From the NCBI GenBank assembly GCA_004524445.1, contig SDNP01000013.1, positions 1-64,000 of the forward strand: a stretch of DNA of 64,000 nucleotides, written 5' to 3'. The translations under genes were made by a program, and so were the position numbers. Positions 49,677 through 58,463 of this stretch are shown here, piece by piece (position 1 is the first letter of the stretch; the number at the start of each line of letters is the position of its first letter). The DNA is from Candidatus Thorarchaeota archaeon (GTDB lineage: Archaea; Asgardarchaeota; Thorarchaeia; Thorarchaeales; Thorarchaeaceae). The notes under the pieces are model-generated. The model was not told the DNA's origin. It did no database searches and saw only the letters and a list, made by a program, of their open reading frames with translations.

Positions 49677-51598
49677 GAAGCAAAGAACTCAGAGATACGG
49701 TTAGATAGCATCTCAGGGCTATTTGGAATCACAGTTGTTACTTCTTCTAACCAGGATGGAAGAAATCTTCTTAGATAAGGCGTGGCAAATCGTTGATCAA
49801 GAAGAACAATTGCGCCTCGGTCGTTGAGTCGCCTAACCGGTCTTCCAGCAGCTTGGGTAGCTCGTGTAACAGCAGGCAAGACATAGGCATAGTCACGCCC
49901 ACGATTATTGAAGCGTCTATCATAATAGGCAATCAAGGCATCAATACGGGGCATTGGTTTTGCATAGGGTACACCTACTACCACCACACATTCCATGGTT
50001 TCACCAGGGAAATCGCCCCCTTCAGAATTTCTTCCCCCTTGTACCCCGAGAAGAACTGCGCCTTTGCCTGTAGCTCTGCTCTTGAATTCGTTTATCATCT
50101 TGTCATTCTCTGAGCTTTTCATTCCCTGCTCTTCAAGGAAGAGCTTTTTCTCTAGCTTCTTCTCTAGACCCATTTTTAGGAGGCTTCGACCTATATGGTA
50201 ACTTGTTGTAAAAATGCCTGTATTTCCCGGAGTTGCATTTGCTGCTGCTGCACAATGTTCAGCCATTTGTGTGTATACGTCCTGTCCTCTAGATTTATAG
50301 GATGTATCAACTCCGTCTACAATAATGCCAATTCTATTTTTCAGAGCAAATGGGCTTCTAAATGATGCTCTCACGGCTGAGTTCTCGAATCCCAACATTT
50401 CCGAATATGCCTCAAGAGGGGAAAGAGTTCCTGAAATTGCCACAGATCCCCTAATCATGGATAAGATTGGTTGAGTTACCGATGTTGGATCCAATGCATG
50501 AAGGTCCAACGATACTCTTCGACTACTTCTGCGGATTTCCGATTTCAAGAGAAATGCATAATCAACACGGTCACTATGACTAACCCATCTTTGCATGAAT
50601 TTAGCAACACGAAATATCGTTGAACGTGGAAATTTCCCTGCCTTAAGCAGCCCTATTTTGATTTTTGCTCCGAGGTCTTCCATGTGTGCCAGCGGTTGCT
50701 CCTCTCGCTCCACCCCTGAATTTTCCAACGCTGCAGACATTATCCCCTCGGGCTTCAGGATCATCTCTTCATTATCTCCCATCTCACTTGAGAGGTCTAG
50801 GACACTCTTGGCGAGCCCTCGACAGAATTGCTTACCAAGCGTATCATTGTATTTGTTCGCTTCTCTCATTGCCTGCCTGATTGTTCCCAGAGTCAAGGAG
50901 TCGCTGGCTGAGTCTAGTGCGGTAGAAGGTACATTATGAGCCTCATCCTGAACGAGAATCACATTCGAAAGCCGAGTTTCAATCTCTGGAATGAATGTTG
51001 ACATTATGAACGGGTCGAAGACATAAAGATATGATAGAGCAACCACATCTACCACTTTTGCAAGTTTTTTAGCCAACTCATAAGGGCATAACTTTCTCTT
51101 CTTTGCTACTTTGATGATTTGAGGGGCACTCAGTACTGAAATAGCAATTTTATCAAGAAAATCATATGGATCCAATCCACGTAGTCTCTCATAGAATGGA
51201 CAGCGGTGTTCCGCCTTTAGCTGACCACAGACTTCACTTAGTGGTATTGAGGAATCCATGTTCTCCATTATGAATGGATTAATGCACATGTGTCTTCGCC
51301 CGCGAAAGGACACTCCTGAAACTACACGTTCACCATCATCAATTGCTGAGAGCTCTTCGATGACCCTATCAAGCTGCTTGTGAGTTCTCGCACAGTATAA
51401 TACCTTTCCTTCATTTTCTTTAACCCATGGCAGAACGCCCGCTAGTGTGACACAGGTCTTCCCGAATCCATTGGGTGCTTCGCAGCATATATTACGTCCC
51501 TCTCTCACTACCTGATTTATTGTCTGCATCATGTCCTCTTGGCCTTCGCGTGGTGCATCATAAGGGAAGAAATCAATATAGGAAAGCTCGTCGGTCAT
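49673..51598 (-). CDS. xpd: XPD/Rad3 Fe-S helicase
   Basis: FFPY, APNGFGKT, Fe-S Cys residues, DEAHN, SGTL, QAAGRPVR. Confidence 0.93.
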   Translation of the reverse strand: MTDELSYIDFFPYDAPREGQEDMMQTINQVVREGRNICCEAPNGFGKTCVTLAGVLPWVKENEGKVLYCARTHKQLDRVIEELSAIDDGERVVSGVSFRGRRHMCINPFIMENMDSSIPLSEVCGQLKAEHRCPFYERLRGLDPYDFLDKIAISVLSAPQIIKVAKKRKLCPYELAKKLAKVVDVVALSYLYVFDPFIMSTFIPEIETRLSNVILVQDEAHNVPSTALDSASDSLTLGTIRQAMREANKYNDTLGKQFCRGLAKSVLDLSSEMGDNEEMILKPEGIMSAALENSGVEREEQPLAHMEDLGAKIKIGLLKAGKFPRSTIFRVAKFMQRWVSHSDRVDYAFLLKSEIRRSSRRVSLDLHALDPTSVTQPILSMIRGSVAISGTLSPLEAYSEMLGFENSAVRASFRSPFALKNRIGIIVDGVDTSYKSRGQDVYTQMAEHCAAAANATPGNTGIFTTSYHIGRSLLKMGLEKKLEKKLFLEEQGMKSSENDKMINEFKSRATGKGAVLLGVQGGRNSEGGDFPGETMECVVVVGVPYAKPMPRIDALIAYYDRRFNNRGRDYAYVLPAVTRATQAAGRPVRRLNDRGAIVLLDQRFATPYLRRFLPSWLEEVTTVIPNSPEMLSNRISEFFAS

Positions 51599-51739
51599 GT
51601 GGGATTCATATTTTGGTTCTATCCAACATTGATAATCATGTTGTTTTCCTCGTTGCTTTGTTTGCCCGCCCGAGCACATATCCTAATGCAAACCAAGACA
51701 TTTTTCTCCAAAGTAATGCAAGTTTCAAGAGTGAATACC

Positions 51740-52084
51740 ATGCCTTTCGATGACATTGACGAATTTGAGAAGGAATTCTCTGAAGGCAAACTCAAAATTA
51801 GAATTGTAGAGCTAGAAAATGGTTTGCTCATTCTCCTATCTGACTCCGAAAAATATCGGATGGGGCATTCAGCAGCAGCAATACCCCCCAGCCATACAAG
51901 ACCACAACCAACCTCAACGGGTCTCTTTTCTACCGGCCCAGATTCTGTTCTGGTCCGCACCTTAGCAGAACGAGTTGCAGACATAACGAAGCAAATGGTC
52001 ATGATTGTTGCGGGAGTTCAAGACTTGAACCCAAATACTATGATAGAATTAATGCAACTGCTCAAGAATCATTTTGTTCAATAA
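51740..52084 (+). CDS. Proteasome assembly chaperone 4 (PAC4)-like protein
   Basis: LENGLLILLS...MG..A.AIP...TSTGLF...LAERVA..TKQMV resembles PSMG4. Confidence 0.65.
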   Translation: MPFDDIDEFEKEFSEGKLKIRIVELENGLLILLSDSEKYRMGHSAAAIPPSHTRPQPTSTGLFSTGPDSVLVRTLAERVADITKQMVMIVAGVQDLNPNTMIELMQLLKNHFVQ

Positions 52085-52286
52085 GATACACTACAACCTC
52101 TCTAGCCCAATCTCCAAGGTTCTCCTCGCCCACCACTTTCTCCAGATACTCTTCCCATCCAATCCCATATGCCCGTTTCCAAGCCGCAAATGCCCACTCC
52201 AGACTATGTTTCGCTTCGGCATGATACTCGCAAAGACTACATTGTTCTAGAACAGGCCTTGAGCATATATCACACTCTTTGGTCAC
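52062..52286 (-). CDS. Small Zn-binding protein coupled to topA
   Basis: CDIC...C..H, then WKRAYG.WEEYL; overlaps the topA stop. Confidence 0.65.
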   Translation of the reverse strand: MTKECDICSRPVLEQCSLCEYHAEAKHSLEWAFAAWKRAYGIGWEEYLEKVVGEENLGDWAREVVVYLIEQNDS

Positions 52287-54397
52287 TTTTCATCCTCTCC
52301 TTTCTTCCCACGTTGTTTCTCTAGCTTCCTGAGGTCTTCCTGCCTACCGGGGCAATCCGCCCAGTTGACGCAGGTTTCCCAGGCACGTCTCCCAGAAACT
52401 ATCTTCAACATTTGATAACCGCAATGGGGGCATTCCTTCTCAAGTGGAACAATACGCCCCTTTTGAGGGAGTGGGTACGTCTGGGTGCAATTACCCTCCT
52501 TGTAGTTGGAACAACCTATGAAACGTTTTCCACTTTTTGGCGACCTGACTATGATGAGAGTACCATCTCCGCAACTGGGACAGGGCCCAATCTCCCGCTT
52601 TTCCTTCCAATACCCTCTAAGTCCTCTGACCAGCTTCTCACCAATTTCCTCCTCACTCTTCTGGAATGGTTCCAGCAATCTCAGCAGTTCTCTCTTTGCC
52701 TTTGATAATACAATCTCTTTCTCGATGTCGTTTCGTTGTATTTTGTCCATGTCTGTTTCTAAATTTCTTGTAAACTCGACGGATAGCAAGTCAGGCACGT
52801 AGTCCTGCATGGTTTCAAATACCGCATATCCTAAGTCGGACATCTCAAAACGGTCAGTTAGAGTATACCCCCTTGATTTCACTGAGTCTACAATGCCGGC
52901 TCTTGTAGCCTTTGTTCCCAACTCCTCTTTTTCTAGCTTCTTCAGTAATGAAGATGGATTATACCTGGACGGCGGATTCGATCTCTTTTCTTCCTTTCTC
53001 ACATCAATTATTTGCACGACATCTCCCTTTTTTAAATTTGGAACGAAAGTATCTTTCTCAATAATAAACGGCTTATAGATTCTCAACCAACCATCCTGCA
53101 AAACACGCGATCCTCTTGTGAAGAGTCGATGATCTCCACAGACAAAATCAACGCGCATACTCTCCTTGTCAGCATTCCTATCGCAAGAAGCAAGAAACCT
53201 TCTCACAATCAAATCATAGATTTTTTTCTCGGCAGCCTTTAGTTTGCGTTCTGGTTGATCCCCAGTGGGATGAATTGCTGGATGCGCCGGATCCTTCTTC
53301 TTACCCTGTTGGGGAGCAACTCGTCCAGCGACCAATAATGAGCTGACTATCTTACTATATGTCCTCTGTTTCCCAAGATTCGTGATGATTTGCTTAACGT
53401 TAATGGAATCAGGAATCTGCTGACTGCTGGTTCGTGGATAGGATACTAGTGCGTCCAAGTATAGTGCTTGGGCGATGGCAAGCGTCCTGCTGGGTTTGTA
53501 GCCAAAATGGCGGAATGCCTCTCCTTGGAGATCACTCAGATTGAATGGCGACGGTGGAGGACGCTCATATGTTCTTCTATTTACTTCATTGACTTCTGCG
53601 CTCTTCTCACGTAATGCGTTAGTAATAGACGTGGCATTTTCCAAAGTTTCAATTTTTTTCTTGATGTATTGTAGCTCAAACTCCTCCCCCTCATGACTCG
53701 CCTTTACATCAATATGCCAGTAGGGTTCCGGGACAAATATTTTGATTTGACGGTCCCTCCCGGCAACGAAGGCCAGACTCGGGCCCTGAACTCGTCCTGT
53801 TGATATTATCTTAAACCAGCCTGAAGCAGCCTTCACAGATAATGTGAGAGCACGAGTTAGGTTGATTCCATATAGCCAATCAATACGATGTCTTATCTCC
53901 CCAGCATCAATCATTGGGAAATTAAGGTTCGGAAGGGCGTTTTCATACGCTCTTTGTATGTCTTTTTTTGTCAATGCGGAAAATATCATTCTCTTGGCTG
54001 TGTTTGGTTCTACACTGCATGCATATTTCAAGATGAGATAACCTATCAAGCTCCCCTCAATATCATAATCACATGCAACAACAAACTTGTCAGACTTGGC
54101 CGCCAAATTGCGCATCAGTGTTATCAGATGTTTTGATTTTTTGTCTTTCTTAGAAACCTCATACTTCGGGACCCATTCCATCTCTAATCTGGGATATTTC
54201 CACCCCTTTTCTGTCTGCTTCAGCTCATAGAGGTGACCTAGCCCATAGGCAACCACCAGAACATCACCATCACGATGGCTCTGAAAGTACGACCCTCCGC
54301 GTTTCTTGACCTCTTCAGGATCACCGTCTTCGTCCAGTGCTTTCGCAAGGCGTTTCGCCGCCGTTGGCTTTTCAGAGATTATCAATATCTGTGACAA
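52283..54397 (-). CDS. topA: Type IA DNA topoisomerase
   Basis: ISEKP, DYDIEG, GRVQ, SYPRT, AHPAI, GTKATR, Zn ribbons. Confidence 0.96.
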   Translation of the reverse strand: MSQILIISEKPTAAKRLAKALDEDGDPEEVKKRGGSYFQSHRDGDVLVVAYGLGHLYELKQTEKGWKYPRLEMEWVPKYEVSKKDKKSKHLITLMRNLAAKSDKFVVACDYDIEGSLIGYLILKYACSVEPNTAKRMIFSALTKKDIQRAYENALPNLNFPMIDAGEIRHRIDWLYGINLTRALTLSVKAASGWFKIISTGRVQGPSLAFVAGRDRQIKIFVPEPYWHIDVKASHEGEEFELQYIKKKIETLENATSITNALREKSAEVNEVNRRTYERPPPSPFNLSDLQGEAFRHFGYKPSRTLAIAQALYLDALVSYPRTSSQQIPDSINVKQIITNLGKQRTYSKIVSSLLVAGRVAPQQGKKKDPAHPAIHPTGDQPERKLKAAEKKIYDLIVRRFLASCDRNADKESMRVDFVCGDHRLFTRGSRVLQDGWLRIYKPFIIEKDTFVPNLKKGDVVQIIDVRKEEKRSNPPSRYNPSSLLKKLEKEELGTKATRAGIVDSVKSRGYTLTDRFEMSDLGYAVFETMQDYVPDLLSVEFTRNLETDMDKIQRNDIEKEIVLSKAKRELLRLLEPFQKSEEEIGEKLVRGLRGYWKEKREIGPCPSCGDGTLIIVRSPKSGKRFIGCSNYKEGNCTQTYPLPQKGRIVPLEKECPHCGYQMLKIVSGRRAWETCVNWADCPGRQEDLRKLEKQRGKKGEDEK

Positions 54398-54504
54398 ATT
54401 ATATCCTCTCTAGGTGTTGGATACACGATTTTGGGTGGTACACTTCTGCATATCACGATATTCTTAAAAGCAGACCGCCGAAGGAAGCGTCTTGTGGTCC
54501 TAAC

Positions 54505-54936
54505 ATGAAGCTATGGTGGCCAAGAAGAATCATAAGACCTCGAGTCAGACTCAAGAGACCGAGATTTACCACTCCAACTCGACCTCCAGATGTGGTTCTA
54601 TTTGGAGTCCTGTTTATCGTCGTACTATTCATCCTTGGCGGTAATATCTATACCTTAGTTAGGTCCCCGCCAGCTATTGCTGGTGGTTCGGGTGGTTCTC
54701 CAATCCTGATTTCTCCTGGCATCGATTCACAATTAGGTTTGGAAGGTATTGTTGCCTCCGTCGTCATTCTAATGGGAACGATAGGATTGGGACTGATCTA
54801 CTACGCTTCAAAATATGTATTTCAACCAGGTTATGCCAACCGTCTTCTCTTGCTTGGCATGTTACTCAGTGGACTTTCTTTCCTCATATTTGGCTATCTC
54901 TTTGGGTACAAATTGGGTGCCTTTTCGCAAGGCTAA
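54505..54936 (+). CDS. OSTC/DC2 (OST3/OST6 TM-domain) homolog
   Basis: FILGGNIYTLVRSPP, Q.GLEGIVAS, GTIGLG, NRLLLLG, C-terminal YKLG. Confidence 0.8.
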   Translation: MKLWWPRRIIRPRVRLKRPRFTTPTRPPDVVLFGVLFIVVLFILGGNIYTLVRSPPAIAGGSGGSPILISPGIDSQLGLEGIVASVVILMGTIGLGLIYYASKYVFQPGYANRLLLLGMLLSGLSFLIFGYLFGYKLGAFSQG

Positions 54937-54962
54937 GATGACAATAATGGGGTAGTTCTTTG

Positions 54963-55676
54963 CTACCTCATAATTTCATATTTTACATCGGTTGTTTCCC
55001 AGAGATGACCAAGCAGACGCTGTGCAATTTCTAATTTCTTTCTTTTCTTCTCTGGCGCTCTAATATGGTCGATATACTCTGGTTTAGACCATTTCCCAAC
55101 CACATGTCCAAAATCCATCCCTGCGAGAACCAGCTTGGCTGGCTTGTAATGCGTTGCAAGATAACAACCCCTATCTCCATCTGTGAATCCTCCCCACAAG
55201 AATACATTAGGTTGTGGCTCGACTTGAGTGCTACCAATAACCGTTTTCAATGAAGGCAAAAAATCCTCAACAATATGCATATTGTCTCCGTGAGCATGTA
55301 CTATTGGTATTGCGCCTTGTTTTATTGCATTTTTAATATCACCTAAATCTCCATCTAGGTCAGTCACAATAATATCCACTTGAATTCCTTCCTCCAGTAA
55401 AGCCGAAGTGGCACCGTCAGCTGCAATAAATGTCAATCTCTCAGTTAGTTCTTGTCTTTCAATTCTCTCTAGATGATTCTTCAATGAAGGTCCCGCCCCA
55501 CAGACTACCACGATTCTCTCTCTAATCAGCACTCTCAATTCTTGTAACAACAAGCTGGAATTCCGTCCTATTAAAATCGAACTTAGAATCTGTGTTGCTC
55601 TTCTGTCCTCCTCAGGATTAAGTCCCAGCTCGCTTACAATTCCGTTGTACAATGGTTGCCATTCTGACCATTTCAT
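54963..55676 (-). CDS. mptE: 6-hydroxymethyl-7,8-dihydropterin pyrophosphokinase (MptE)
   Basis: GAGPS, AADGA, TDLDG, HAHGDN, GGFTDGDR. Confidence 0.9.
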   Translation of the reverse strand: MKWSEWQPLYNGIVSELGLNPEEDRRATQILSSILIGRNSSLLLQELRVLIRERIVVVCGAGPSLKNHLERIERQELTERLTFIAADGATSALLEEGIQVDIIVTDLDGDLGDIKNAIKQGAIPIVHAHGDNMHIVEDFLPSLKTVIGSTQVEPQPNVFLWGGFTDGDRGCYLATHYKPAKLVLAGMDFGHVVGKWSKPEYIDHIRAPEKKRKKLEIAQRLLGHLWETTDVKYEIMR

Positions 55677-55711
55677 TGAATCACCTTCAGAAGAATTACT
55701 CGACACCTATA

Positions 55712-56563
55712 TCATTCCGCTCTTCTCAGCTTCTTGCCAATCCTACATGCCACTGCTGTTTCCTTCACGTCGTGGGTCCTCACGATATCTGCCCCATTCG
55801 CTACTGCAATACTAGTCACCGCAATACTGCCCTCCAATCTATCACTAGGGTCCTTCTGGTCAAGAAAGAAGCCGATGAACGCCTTCCGGGAAACTCCAAT
55901 TAAGACGGGATGACCAAGGTATGTGAATCTCTCAAGTTCTCGGATTATGTCAAAATCTATGTTCGGGGCTTTTCCAAATCCTATACCGGGATCTACTATT
56001 ATCTTCGTCGGCTCTATATGTGCTCTCTTGGCGATATGAAGGCTCCTTTTCAATGAATGTAATGACTGCTTTATTGAGGTACATGTACTTGCACAGGAAG
56101 ACATCACCACGACAGGTACATTTCCATCTGAGATTATCTGCGCCATGTCTTTATCCGCTTGTAGCCCTGACACATCGTTTATCATGGAGGCCCCCAGTTC
56201 TAAGGCGCGCTCAGCCACTTGAGAAGATGTTGTATCAACAGAGATAGGCACGTTCACAGCGTCAGTAAGCACCTCCAAAGCATGTTCGATTCTTTCGATT
56301 TCAACTTCCGTTGAAACTTTTTTGGCATCATAGTAGGCAGCCGGTGCAGTGGAACTCCCACCAATATCTATAATATTTGCTCCTTCGTTTACCATTTCTC
56401 TGGCTTTTGCAACTATTTCCTCGCTTTGGACCTCTACTGACTCAGCATAGAATGACTCGGGTGAGATATTTAGAATCCCCATTACACGCACTGGAAATTC
56501 TTCACCTATGCCAAGTGTGCCAACGAGCACGGAATTCCTTAACAAACACAACAACTCCAACAA
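55712..56563 (-). CDS. folP: Dihydropteroate synthase
   Basis: MGILNISPESF, IIDIGG, INDVSG, DPGIGFGK, SRK, RTHDV. Confidence 0.93.
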   Translation of the reverse strand: MLELLCLLRNSVLVGTLGIGEEFPVRVMGILNISPESFYAESVEVQSEEIVAKAREMVNEGANIIDIGGSSTAPAAYYDAKKVSTEVEIERIEHALEVLTDAVNVPISVDTTSSQVAERALELGASMINDVSGLQADKDMAQIISDGNVPVVVMSSCASTCTSIKQSLHSLKRSLHIAKRAHIEPTKIIVDPGIGFGKAPNIDFDIIRELERFTYLGHPVLIGVSRKAFIGFFLDQKDPSDRLEGSIAVTSIAVANGADIVRTHDVKETAVACRIGKKLRRAE

Positions 56564-56635
56564 GACGAGGAACCCATAGAATGAAATAAAACCTACTTAC
56601 TGTTCTCCTGACCTACTGATACCAGGTGAATTCCA

Positions 56636-57781
56636 ATGAATAACAATTTCAGACGAACACAGCTTTATGAATGGCACAAGGAGCATGGCGATGTAATTCC
56701 TTTTGCTGGCTGGGAGATGCCCGTACGCTACACCGACATTCGAGAGGAGCATATGGCGGTACGAGATGCTGTTGGAATATTTGATACTTCACACATGTAT
56801 CGCTTCTTTATTGAAGGCCCCGACGCAGCGGATTTTCTGCAGACTCTTACTACAAACAATGTTCACAAGCTATCTGTAAATGATGGTCATTATTCAACGT
56901 GTTTGAATGAGAACGGCGGTACCCATGACGATTTGATGCTTTACCGAGTTGGTGAAGAGAAATACATCTGGGTTACCAATGCGGCAAATGGGCCCAAAAT
57001 TTGGAAGCACATGAATGCTCACACCGATGATTTTGAAGTAAGCGTAAATGACCGTTCAAGAGAGATAATAATGGTTGCAGTTCAAGGTCCAAAAGCCGTA
57101 GCACTATTATCCAAATTGGCCGGATCTGATGTTGCAGAATACTCACGCTTTACCGCAAATAGGGTCAAATTGGCTGGATTTGATACTTACCTTTGTAGAA
57201 CCGGATATACGGGTGAAGATGGCGGTGAGCTGTTGGTGCTGGACACGCCCTTAACAGAGAACGGCAAAGAACGGGCAATCAGCTTCTGGAATACGCTATT
57301 GAAACAGGGTAAGGAGTTTGGTATCAAACCCTGTGGGCTTGGAGCTCGTGATTCCACACGGCTCGAGGCTGGATTTGTCCTGTATGGACACGAACTTGAT
57401 GAAGAAACCTCACCGATTGAAGCGAGAATTCCCTATGCTGTAAAGTTCAAGGTCGACCCTCACTATATTGGATATGATGTGGTCAAGACACAAAAGAAGG
57501 AGGGTGTCGAACGAACACGCATTGGTTTTGAGATGATTGACAGAGGCATACCCCGAGAGGGCTATGACATCCTACTATCTGGCTCAAAAATTGGAGTGAC
57601 CACAAGTGGCGGTCTCTCACCTGTCCTCAATAAGGGAATTGGAATGGGATATGTTCCGCCAGATACGGTTGAAGAGGGTGATACTGTTGAGATTGATATC
57701 AAAGGCAGGGTCCGCAAGGCCAAGGTTACCAAATGGCCATTCTATGATTCTACCGAGTATGGCGCCACACGAACCGACTGA
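56636..57781 (+). CDS. gcvT: Glycine cleavage system T protein
   Basis: FAGWEMP, FDTSHM, TGYTGEDG, GARDSTRLEAG. Confidence 0.96.
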   Translation: MNNNFRRTQLYEWHKEHGDVIPFAGWEMPVRYTDIREEHMAVRDAVGIFDTSHMYRFFIEGPDAADFLQTLTTNNVHKLSVNDGHYSTCLNENGGTHDDLMLYRVGEEKYIWVTNAANGPKIWKHMNAHTDDFEVSVNDRSREIIMVAVQGPKAVALLSKLAGSDVAEYSRFTANRVKLAGFDTYLCRTGYTGEDGGELLVLDTPLTENGKERAISFWNTLLKQGKEFGIKPCGLGARDSTRLEAGFVLYGHELDEETSPIEARIPYAVKFKVDPHYIGYDVVKTQKKEGVERTRIGFEMIDRGIPREGYDILLSGSKIGVTTSGGLSPVLNKGIGMGYVPPDTVEEGDTVEIDIKGRVRKAKVTKWPFYDSTEYGATRTD

Positions 57782-57838
57782 CAGTTAGATGCATTTAAAG
57801 GGACTGAACAATCCCATTATATTCGTTGGTGGAAAAAG

Positions 57839-58237
57839 ATGTCCGAAGGTCAGGACGTAAGAAAAGACAGGTCTTATAGTAAGGAGCACGAATGGGCTAA
57901 AGTCGATGATGGAATTGTTGTAATCGGCATCAGTGATTACGCTCAGAACTCTCTGCATGAGATTACATATGTAGAAGTCACAGAGGTTGGAACAAAAGTC
58001 GAAAAGGGAGATGAATGCGGTCTGGTCGAGTCTATGAAAGCATCATCTGACATTTATACGCCAGTAAGCGGCGAAATAGTCGAAGTCAACGATAAACTTG
58101 AAGACGCTCCAGAGATTGTGAATGAATCGCCATATGACGAAGGTTGGTTACTGAAAATCGAACCGTCCAATCTTGACGATGATATGAATTCACTCATGAG
58201 TGCAGAAGAGTACGAAGAGTTCATTGAAGATCTTTAG
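57839..58237 (+). CDS. gcvH: Glycine cleavage system H protein
   Basis: HEW, GISDYAQ, VESMKAS lipoyl Lys, PYDEGW. Confidence 0.96.
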   Translation: MSEGQDVRKDRSYSKEHEWAKVDDGIVVIGISDYAQNSLHEITYVEVTEVGTKVEKGDECGLVESMKASSDIYTPVSGEIVEVNDKLEDAPEIVNESPYDEGWLLKIEPSNLDDDMNSLMSAEEYEEFIEDL

Positions 58238-58463
58238 AATAATACATCTGATCAATGCTTGGGACAATCGTCTGTAAAGAATACCACGGTTGTCCGAAGC
58301 TAACCTATTTTTTCTGGTCCGACCTAAAACAACCAAATGCTATTTGGCAGTTCATTTCGTCCCTCTTTTCTGGTTGGTACAGAAATGAATCTATCCGAAA
58401 CCCTTTTAGCGAATACGAGATTGCTCCGCTTAGCTTCGAGTCGGAATGGAGAGAGCACACCGA

